A stretch of 37,909 nt of DNA from a virus (taxonomy: Duplodnaviria; Caudoviricetes): positions 1-37,909 of IMG/VR virus record IMGVR_UViG_3300038315_000155. One strand, written 5' to 3'. Below, piece by piece: positions 9,030 through 16,792 of the stretch. Under the pieces are notes generated by a model. That model was not told the DNA's origin, ran no database searches, and saw only the letters and a list, made by a program, of their open reading frames with translations. Positions within the stretch are counted from its first letter, which is position 1, and the number at the start of each line of letters is the position of its first letter. Both the position numbers and the translations under genes were made by a program.

Positions 9030-10004
9030 ATGGCTGAAGATGAAGTGACCATCGTTTCTACTGACGAAGCAATTCTTAACAATATTGGAGAAGGGGATGA
9101 ACAGACTACAACGGAAGGTGCTAGCGAACAAGCTGGTGGAACGGAACAAGACACTACGACGGAGACATCTAAACCCAGTAGTGAACAAAGTTCTACGGAA
9201 CAGCCTGGAACAGAGCAACAGCAGCAAACTCGTGGTCCCCAAGACATCGTTGATGCAGAAGGAAGAGTTATCGCAAGCGGAGGAAAAGAACGAAGGTTCT
9301 ACGAAACCGCTCAAAGAGAAAAACAAAGAGCCGATAACGCAACAAGAGAAGTCGAAACGCTCAAAAGCCACCTCGAAGCCATCAACGAAGCGGGGAACCT
9401 CGGCACACAATACAACCTCTCGCCCGAAGAAGTCACAACGGGCGCACAAGTAATTGCAGCATATAAGGAAGACCCTGTTGGAACTTTAAAATATATGTTG
9501 ACACAAGCCCAAGCTAATGGGTATAATATGGATGAGATCGTGGCTGGCGGCACGGACATGGGTGCGATCAAACAGTTGCTTGATAATGCTCTTGCCCCAT
9601 TTACCGCCGCTCACCAAGAACAGGCTGTCACACAGGAAGCAGACAACCGAGCTAATGAACTTTACGATAACTTTGTTGCCCAACACCCGGATGCTGTTAT
9701 CCATAATGCCTCTCTCGCCCGACTTCTAAAAGATGATCCTAGCTTATCACTTGAAGCCGCGTATTATAAACTCCAGAATTACTATCTAAGTAAGGGTTTT
9801 GCCTGGACGAAACCATTAGAAGTCTTAGCTGAAGAAGCAAGAGCTGCTCAGACAACTAATGTAGAGACTTCCCCCCAACCTCCAAATGGAGGGGGAGTTG
9901 CGCAAAGTCAAGTGACAGATACCGCCCAAGTGGCTGATGTAGGAACCTCTAGCGACGACATCATCAAACAAGCGATGAATGACGCTGGAATACCCATTAA
10001 CTAG
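9030..10004 (+). CDS. Capsid scaffolding protein
   Basis: Acidic, Glu/Gln/Thr-rich, coiled-coil-like; between portal and major capsid. Confidence 0.75.
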   Translation: MAEDEVTIVSTDEAILNNIGEGDEQTTTEGASEQAGGTEQDTTTETSKPSSEQSSTEQPGTEQQQQTRGPQDIVDAEGRVIASGGKERRFYETAQREKQRADNATREVETLKSHLEAINEAGNLGTQYNLSPEEVTTGAQVIAAYKEDPVGTLKYMLTQAQANGYNMDEIVAGGTDMGAIKQLLDNALAPFTAAHQEQAVTQEADNRANELYDNFVAQHPDAVIHNASLARLLKDDPSLSLEAAYYKLQNYYLSKGFAWTKPLEVLAEEARAAQTTNVETSPQPPNGGGVAQSQVTDTAQVADVGTSSDDIIKQAMNDAGIPIN

Positions 10005-10019
10005 TTAGGATTATGAAAC

Positions 10020-10979
10020 ATGGCTTCTACCCCTATTGCCACTGTTTTGGAATCAACTCTTACTCGTAGTCGTAAGAAGCTCATTCTTGCTTCTATTAAG
10101 TCCAATGCCCTTATGGCTTGGGCCTTTGCGAATAACAGGGTTGAATTCGAAGATGGTGGGCATGAAATTACGAACCCACTGACGTTGGGTCGTAACCCAA
10201 ACATCACTTCTTATGAGTACTTCGATGAACAACCGATTGCTCAGACGAGTGAATTCGATACTGTTACTTATAACTGGGCGCGTGTTGCGGGTTCAGTTGT
10301 AATCAGTGATCAAGAAGAAGACGAGAACCAAGGCGCTGCTCAAATCTTCAAATTGATGAAAGCGAAGATTGATGTCCTTGAAGAAAGCATTAAGGAGAAG
10401 TTTTCGGAATACCTCTACGCATCGGGGGCCGGAACCGATCCACAAGGACTCGGACTTCTCATTCCCGCTGACCCCACGACAGGAACAGTCGGGAACATCA
10501 ACCGCGCTAACGAAACCCAATGGCGCACTTCCGCCTACGACTTCAATGGCAACCTCGACAGTACCAACATCGAAGAAGCCTTTGATGACATCTTGATGGA
10601 CTTGACACTTAAGGGTGACAAGCCTGATGTTATCCTCACAGGTCGTAATCTCTTCCGGCACTACAGAACTGCTGTTAGAGACAAAGTTGTTATCAACCTG
10701 TCAGAAAGTAACTCTGGCAAGAAGATGATGGACTTGGGCTTCGCTGGTGTTAAGCACCAAAACATCCCCATGCTTTATGACGAAGATTGTCCTGTTAATA
10801 ACGCTTACTTCATTAACAGCAAGTATCTGCGTCTACATATCCTTAAACATGTCAACATGAAGGTCAAAGAGCTTGTTGCTCCTTGGACGATTGATGCACA
10901 TGGCCGTAGGATCGTGTGGCAGGGACAATGGTGCCTATGGAAAGCTTTCCGTACCCATGCAGTTCTCATCAATGCGTAA
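10020..10979 (+). CDS. Major capsid protein
   Basis: 319 aa directly after scaffold; HK97-fold-like layout with G.G.DPQGL, GNINRA...WR, PDVIL and YDEDCP...YFINSKYL motifs. Confidence 0.85.
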   Translation: MASTPIATVLESTLTRSRKKLILASIKSNALMAWAFANNRVEFEDGGHEITNPLTLGRNPNITSYEYFDEQPIAQTSEFDTVTYNWARVAGSVVISDQEEDENQGAAQIFKLMKAKIDVLEESIKEKFSEYLYASGAGTDPQGLGLLIPADPTTGTVGNINRANETQWRTSAYDFNGNLDSTNIEEAFDDILMDLTLKGDKPDVILTGRNLFRHYRTAVRDKVVINLSESNSGKKMMDLGFAGVKHQNIPMLYDEDCPVNNAYFINSKYLRLHILKHVNMKVKELVAPWTIDAHGRRIVWQGQWCLWKAFRTHAVLINA

Positions 10980-10998
10980 TTGTAAGGAGTAGAAGGGG

Positions 10999-11379
10999 AT
11001 GAACGAGAATGTTAAGCCTCGCTTTGAGGTGCATAAGTTAGAAGGAACCGGACGAAGGAGAGTAGCTACTCCTAAGATAGAGAAGGACGAGAAAGGCAAG
11101 CCTGTTAAAAATGAAAAAGGCCACTCAGTTCTTCTCGGTGGCTTCGACTACGAAGACTTAGAAGTTGATGCTGGTTGGATGGTTTACTTTCCTAATGGTT
11201 CTTCCATACATGTTTGGACAGAGGAAGAGATGCAAAGACAAGGATTCTTAGATGAACCGACACTTGTTAATCTAGAGACTGGGGATGAATTGGGAACAGC
11301 TTCCCATTCCAGTCTCAAGTCCTTGTCGGAACAGAAAGAACGTGTCACTAAATCCAACAAACATGCTCAAACTCTTTAA
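10999..11379 (+). CDS. Hypothetical protein in the head module
   Basis: 126-aa ORF with a purine-rich RBS immediately after the capsid gene. Confidence 0.75.
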   Translation: MNENVKPRFEVHKLEGTGRRRVATPKIEKDEKGKPVKNEKGHSVLLGGFDYEDLEVDAGWMVYFPNGSSIHVWTEEEMQRQGFLDEPTLVNLETGDELGTASHSSLKSLSEQKERVTKSNKHAQTL

Positions 11380-11392
11380 TTGGAGATAGGTT

Positions 11393-12445
11393 ATGTCTAA
11401 AGTCTATGCTGACAACTTCCCTCGTAGCATTAGTCAGTACGTTCCCAACATGGAATTTGCGGCTGATGTTGTTAATGGGCGTTGTCTAGTCAATCTTGGT
11501 TCTCCTGCTGCCTTAGATGCTGATGGCATCTGGGATGGTGTTACTGTAGGAACCGCTGGTGGTGATATTCATACCAGCGCGGACTATAAGACCACATTTG
11601 ATGGGAGTTCCACTTCCTTAACCACAACTGCCGGTATGATTGACGCCACTTATGGCCGTACTCTTACCTGTGTTGGCAATGCTAGTACCGACCAAGTTGT
11701 TACTGTTATCGGTCGTGACTATCTAGGCCAAGGCATGAGGGAGAACTTCACTCTCTCTGGCACTACCATTATCTACGGTACGAAGGCTTTCAAGTTCGTT
11801 GATAGTACTTCTTGTACTGTTGGTACTGGTGGATCAACTCTTGATGTTGGCTGGACAGACGTTCTTGGTCTGCCTTACGCTGCTCAAGAGATTCTTGGTT
11901 GGTCGGAAGATGACGTACAGAAAGGCGTTCGTCGGGATGTTCCTTGTGGTTCTACCATTTGGACTACTAACTCGGATGCTTCCTTGTTCGGTCTTGTTTC
12001 TCCTGTCAATGGCTTCATCTCCGGTCAATCGTATGTTGCTACTGTTGCTAATACCACAGCGACCTCGGCTCTTACCGCCGAAATTGGTGGCACGGCTGTT
12101 GCTGGTTTGTCACTTACTCTTGCCACAGATGAAACTATTGGTGACGTTCAGACTGACTACACGAAGACGAACGATAACGGTCTTACCTCTAAGATTGCTA
12201 AAGGAGGGGCAATAGAGTCTGTCAGTGATACTGGTGGAACTGCTGGTGTGGGCCATATTCACTATCTAGTGGATGAGAATGTACTATTTGTTGATGCAGA
12301 TCGTACCGCTACAATGACTGCAACAACTGGTGATACCCGTGGAACCGTTCTTCCTTATACCGCTTGTGATGGATCAACTGAGTATGAGGTCTATTTCTCT
12401 ACTTGGACGGGAGACTTGCACGGTATCGAGCAGTTCAACGGCTAA
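11393..12445 (+). CDS. Probable capsid decoration / minor structural protein
   Basis: Thr/Gly-rich, beta-strand-like composition; GGAG RBS; followed by an intrinsic terminator, consistent with a high-copy head operon. Confidence 0.55.
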   Translation: MSKVYADNFPRSISQYVPNMEFAADVVNGRCLVNLGSPAALDADGIWDGVTVGTAGGDIHTSADYKTTFDGSSTSLTTTAGMIDATYGRTLTCVGNASTDQVVTVIGRDYLGQGMRENFTLSGTTIIYGTKAFKFVDSTSCTVGTGGSTLDVGWTDVLGLPYAAQEILGWSEDDVQKGVRRDVPCGSTIWTTNSDASLFGLVSPVNGFISGQSYVATVANTTATSALTAEIGGTAVAGLSLTLATDETIGDVQTDYTKTNDNGLTSKIAKGGAIESVSDTGGTAGVGHIHYLVDENVLFVDADRTATMTATTGDTRGTVLPYTACDGSTEYEVYFSTWTGDLHGIEQFNG

Positions 12446-12452
12446 GTAGATA

Positions 12453-12496
12453 GGCGGGAGGGATTTGCCTCCCCTTCTCCCTCCCGCCGTTTCTTT
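12453..12496 (+). terminator. Rho-independent terminator
   Basis: 11-bp stem GGCGGGAGGGA / TCCCTCCCGCC followed by GTTTCTTT. Confidence 0.8.
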
Positions 12497-12499
12497 GTA

Positions 12500-13171
12500 A
12501 TGGCTACTTTAACACAACTAGTTGATCGAGTTGCGGCCCGGTTGTCTATGACAACGGGTACAGGCGTACAAATATACGCTGAAGACCGTATCGCAGAGAT
12601 GATCCAGCACAAGTTTGATGTATTATTTGAAGAGGTCTGGTGGCCTCAATTTACTACGTGGGCACAATGGACGTTAGACGGTACATTAGGTATCGTTACT
12701 ACTGACCTCACGGATTTAGTTAAACGATTTGAAGACATAAGAGTTATCTTTCCTGAGAACTCTACAACTCCTCTTACTAAGATGTCTCCCCTTACCACTA
12801 ATCCATATGAGTTAAGTGGGACACAACCTATTCATTATGAATCCCTTGGGCCTACTGATAGTAACCTCACTTCTAGAGTGTTCCAGATATGGCCTAAAAC
12901 CGCTACAGATGACATCATAGTACAGTATAGAACTAAACCAGATACCTTCGTAGCAACTGATACCATCAACTTCGATGATCAGGCTCTTATTCTAGGAACG
13001 ACATTTGACTATCTAGAAGATGATGGAACCAATCCCAATGCTACACAGAAGTTTCAATTAATGTTTGAAGCTAGAGTTAAACAATTGAAGAATACCTTTA
13101 ACTCTGCTCCAATCAGTCTTGATCCAGTCACGGCGATACCCCAGACCTTTGCCTTTACGGAGTTACCATAA
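12500..13171 (+). CDS. Head-tail adaptor (tail tubular protein A-like)
   Basis: 223 aa, N-terminal TLTQLVDRV helix, position after the head genes and before a roughly 600-aa nozzle. Confidence 0.7.
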   Translation: MATLTQLVDRVAARLSMTTGTGVQIYAEDRIAEMIQHKFDVLFEEVWWPQFTTWAQWTLDGTLGIVTTDLTDLVKRFEDIRVIFPENSTTPLTKMSPLTTNPYELSGTQPIHYESLGPTDSNLTSRVFQIWPKTATDDIIVQYRTKPDTFVATDTINFDDQALILGTTFDYLEDDGTNPNATQKFQLMFEARVKQLKNTFNSAPISLDPVTAIPQTFAFTELP

Positions 13172-13860
13172 TGGCAGGTATAAATCCTAAGATATTACAA
13201 GCCTTGATAGAGAAATTGATGGAGTCCAAGAGTCTTGATAGGTCAGCTAAGAAGCAAGGTCTTACAGGTGGTGGACCAGAGTTCCCTACTGATGATTATC
13301 ACGTAGGAAGGGCTAGACGAGACTTACAAGAAGCACAACCATCTGATCCTTTGGCTTCTCCTCGTGAATACGACTATGGCGTTGTAGACTCCCCTACACA
13401 TCTAGGAGCGGGTTACGGTCCTAGAGAAGGTCTTACTCCTAGACCACGCATTCAGCAATTAGACCCAGGAAGGCTCCCTGGAAGTAAAGCAGAGCAAGGC
13501 GTAGGAGGACAGCATTGGGATGTCATCATAGAAGAGACAGGAGCCTATGGCACTCCTGTTTTCGCTACCAAAACAGTTAGAGCAGCTAGTCGAGAAGATG
13601 CTATCAAGAAAGTGGAGGCTGAAGGGCCATTCTCTTTCCAAGAAACAGACCCATTCGATGGATCTACTATAACTTCCATAGCCAATCCAGAAGGTATCAG
13701 TGGTAATCCAGTGGGAATGGTTCATGCCCAACCGGCTGCTCCTCCTTCTAGAAGTCCTATTGAAGCAGGTGATATCCTTCCTGAAGAGCGTAGCTTTGGG
13801 CGTCCATCGGAAACCAGGCGAAACCCAGTAAGAACTCCTGATGATGACATACCTTTCTAA
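13171..13860 (+). CDS. Hypothetical disordered protein with N-terminal NPKILQAL motif and C-terminal DDDIPF
   Basis: MAGINPKILQALIEKL...TPDDDIPF; TAATG-coupled at both ends. Confidence 0.8.
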   Translation: MAGINPKILQALIEKLMESKSLDRSAKKQGLTGGGPEFPTDDYHVGRARRDLQEAQPSDPLASPREYDYGVVDSPTHLGAGYGPREGLTPRPRIQQLDPGRLPGSKAEQGVGGQHWDVIIEETGAYGTPVFATKTVRAASREDAIKKVEAEGPFSFQETDPFDGSTITSIANPEGISGNPVGMVHAQPAAPPSRSPIEAGDILPEERSFGRPSETRRNPVRTPDDDIPF

Positions 13861-15677
13861 TGGCTGATACATTCCTATTCCCACGAGGCGCTAGAGTACA
13901 AGGTAGACAAAACCTTATGCTAGATGCGACTATCAGAGACTTCTCTGGTGGGTGGAATGTCGTTGACAATGATTTGAACTTAGATACCAAGTTCGCTAAG
14001 ATACTAGAGAATATGCAACGAGGCATCGATGGTGCTAATGGTGTCCGTCCAGGGACAGAACTATTTGCTGAGACTTCAGAATACCTAGACGAGATCATTA
14101 ACTGTGAGTACTATAACAATTTCATTGTTGCAGTAGGTCGTAATGGTAAGATCGTCAGAGTGGACTCTAATGGTGTTGTTGTCGAGATTTGGTCCGATGA
14201 TTGGGCTGACAATCTTGCTGGTAGTCCTTCTGGCTGGTCTACAACTACCTTTGCTTCTTTCGCTGTATTTAATGGTGATTTGATTATCTGCAATGGAGTA
14301 AATAAGCCCCTTATTGTTAACTCCAGCATGGATGTTTCTTATCTAAAAGACCTAGCTGATGATACTAATCTCAACACTCCTATTGCTAGGTTTGTACTAG
14401 CTCTAGGACGTTATCTCTTGATGGCTGGTGATCTAGCTGATGGAGCAGGAGATAGACTATACATCTCTTCAACAGATGTCAGTGGAACTTGGGTAGGTGA
14501 TAGCGCCCCTAACGACGCTGTCAACGTTGATCTGGGTTCTCGTGTTCCTAGTGGCTCACATACCATCAAAGGTCTTGGTAGGTTCAGAGACAAGTTGATG
14601 GTATTGTTTGAAGATGCTATCTTACCAGGAACACTAGGAGTATTCACCGATGATGTACATACTCCCACATTCTCAGAGGTAATAGAGAATGTAGGAGGGC
14701 TGTCACATAGGATCAGTCAGACCATTGGTGAGGATATGCTATTCACTGATATCAATGGAGTTTCCTCTGTGAAACGGGCCTTAATCACTGGGGCTGTTAC
14801 TAGTAAGAGGAACTCTCAGTTGATCAATCCTGCCTATCGTAAGGCTATCAAAGAGCTATCGACTACATCAGTGATCGAGGACGAGACTTGGAGTCTATGG
14901 GATAGCGCAAATACCAATTACATGCTATTTGTCCCTAACGCTGACGAGACATCACAGGTGACAGAGTATCGTTGTTTCACTTACAAACGTAATGAAGCTC
15001 TCAAGATTGATGCTTGGCATGATTGGCGAGGTTGGAAGTTCAAGTCAGGTTGCCGCTCTGCTTTGAAGTCTGTCTTTATGACAGAAGGGACACAAATCTA
15101 TCGCCTTGGAGGTTCTACTAGTGAGCTAATTAACAAGGACTACGTAGGCGATCAGGAGATGTGGGATGATGATACACCTTGGTCTGACTATACTGGTTGG
15201 AACCCTGTTGCTGATAGTGCTGATAGTGGAGTACCGATAAAGTTTATTTGGGAACTCCCTTGGTCAGATAATAAAGATAGATTTGCTGTGAAGAACAGTC
15301 GGTATATCAACTTCGATACTAAAGGAGATAATAAGTTCCTTGTAGAGATGTTTGTAGATAACATCTATGAGGATAAAAACCACTTCGGAGAAGACTGGGT
15401 GGAAGATGATTTGAAATGGGATGATGGATTGGGTTGGGATGTAGAAGCTCTTAATCCTACCCTTTCAATGGAATTCGAAGGTGGGGATGGTCCTGGTTTC
15501 GGAGCAGATGAATTCGGAGAAGACTTTGGTGGTGGGCGTCCTACCCGATTAGAGAAGCTGTATGCTTGGACAGCTAAATACAAGCTACAGAAGTTTCGTA
15601 TGTCAGGTGATGCAATCAAACCATTAAAGTTTGTTTCTCTTACTTTGGGCTACTTAGGTGGCTCTCCAAGGAGATAA
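13860..15677 (+). CDS. Tail nozzle / DNA stabilization protein (tubular protein B, P22 gp10-like)
   Basis: 605 aa, beta-propeller-like composition, N-terminal DFSGGWN...LENM...RPG pattern. Confidence 0.75.
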   Translation: MADTFLFPRGARVQGRQNLMLDATIRDFSGGWNVVDNDLNLDTKFAKILENMQRGIDGANGVRPGTELFAETSEYLDEIINCEYYNNFIVAVGRNGKIVRVDSNGVVVEIWSDDWADNLAGSPSGWSTTTFASFAVFNGDLIICNGVNKPLIVNSSMDVSYLKDLADDTNLNTPIARFVLALGRYLLMAGDLADGAGDRLYISSTDVSGTWVGDSAPNDAVNVDLGSRVPSGSHTIKGLGRFRDKLMVLFEDAILPGTLGVFTDDVHTPTFSEVIENVGGLSHRISQTIGEDMLFTDINGVSSVKRALITGAVTSKRNSQLINPAYRKAIKELSTTSVIEDETWSLWDSANTNYMLFVPNADETSQVTEYRCFTYKRNEALKIDAWHDWRGWKFKSGCRSALKSVFMTEGTQIYRLGGSTSELINKDYVGDQEMWDDDTPWSDYTGWNPVADSADSGVPIKFIWELPWSDNKDRFAVKNSRYINFDTKGDNKFLVEMFVDNIYEDKNHFGEDWVEDDLKWDDGLGWDVEALNPTLSMEFEGGDGPGFGADEFGEDFGGGRPTRLEKLYAWTAKYKLQKFRMSGDAIKPLKFVSLTLGYLGGSPRR

Positions 15678-15679
15678 CT

Positions 15680-15931
15680 ATGACTAGTGCTGTTGATGTA
15701 ACACTCCCGGCTGATAACGTTAAGTCTAGTAAAGCCGACTTCCGTGCACAGTTCTTAGTGATTAAGGACGAAATCTCTGCCTTGCAGGTTAGGGCGGGTG
15801 TGGCTGGGGCAGCAGCATTCTACGATTATGTAGAACGTCCCGACTTAGAAGCTATAGTACGTAACCAATTCCTTACTTTTACAAATAATCTAGCCCGTGA
15901 CATTGCCTATGGCCGTGTCTCATTAACTTAG
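15680..15931 (+). CDS. Hypothetical tail-region protein
   Basis: GGAG RBS, tight packing. Confidence 0.7.
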   Translation: MTSAVDVTLPADNVKSSKADFRAQFLVIKDEISALQVRAGVAGAAAFYDYVERPDLEAIVRNQFLTFTNNLARDIAYGRVSLT

Positions 15932-15940
15932 GAGAAGACG

Positions 15941-16345
15941 ATGACTGATAAGATCGGTGTTCTTGGGGAAGCTTCGACGCTAACCGCCGGAACTACCACA
16001 GTTTACACCGTCCCTGCCGGTAAAGCAGCGAAATGTCAGATCATGTTGAAGTTCGAAGGACATGGCTCTAACTCGACAGGTGACTTTCTTGTTACTGTCA
16101 ATGGGTTGGTAGTTGCCTCAAGACTTAACATCCCCGCTACTGAGATTATGTGGTCAAATACGACTACTATGATCCATGATCCATCCACTTCCGTTGATCC
16201 TGATGGTTCTACGGCTGTGCTTACGGCAGCTCCTGCTCCACAAGTTTATTACCTGTCGGCGGCTGATACCGTTACGTATACCATTGCTACTGACGACTTG
16301 GTGGCTCTGAGTATTCAAGTGGTCGGTACGGAGATTGACGTTTAG
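15941..16345 (+). CDS. Small beta-rich virion protein
   Basis: AGGAG RBS; TTVYTVPAGK motif common in small podovirus tail/capsid accessory proteins. Confidence 0.65.
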   Translation: MTDKIGVLGEASTLTAGTTTVYTVPAGKAAKCQIMLKFEGHGSNSTGDFLVTVNGLVVASRLNIPATEIMWSNTTTMIHDPSTSVDPDGSTAVLTAAPAPQVYYLSAADTVTYTIATDDLVALSIQVVGTEIDV

Positions 16346-16354
16346 GAAGTAGAA

Positions 16355-16780
16355 ATGCCTCCTCCCAGACAAGAGAAGCCAGCAAGGAGGACACCACAGC
16401 GCCTCGCGGACCAGTCCCCTGCAGAAATACTATTAGGGCAGTTGAAGAGAACAAATCTTCAAGGTGGTGCTAGTCAAACTAAAAATAACCTTGGTTCCGG
16501 TGTGTATCTTTCTAATATGGGAGCCGGTGGTAAAGTAACTACTGAAGTGCCTATTAGAAATCATAAACTAGACTTTGGACTTGGAGGCTTCTTCGGCCAG
16601 TCTACTTTAGACTTTCCCCCTGAGATGCAACAGTATGGAGTTCCTCAAGAGGAAACATTTATTAATAAGGGAATAACCCATCTAGGTGGGGGCTGGACAA
16701 GTCCAAGTGGGCGACGAATTGGAGTTGAATATAATCCTTTACTCGAACAAATAATGCTCCGACTGAAATTACCACTTTGA
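16355..16780 (+). CDS. Hypothetical protein with amphipathic beta-strand C-terminal domain
   Basis: Disordered basic N-terminus followed by Gly/aromatic alternating strands ending IMLRLKLPL. Confidence 0.65.
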   Translation: MPPPRQEKPARRTPQRLADQSPAEILLGQLKRTNLQGGASQTKNNLGSGVYLSNMGAGGKVTTEVPIRNHKLDFGLGGFFGQSTLDFPPEMQQYGVPQEETFINKGITHLGGGWTSPSGRRIGVEYNPLLEQIMLRLKLPL

Positions 16781-16792
16781 GAAGGAGACTAA

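Noticed and set aside
9027-10661. Alternative-frame and antisense ORFs over scaffold and capsid (9027, 9085, 10293, 10369)
   Set aside because: Explained by local T depletion removing stop codons; no independent translation signals.
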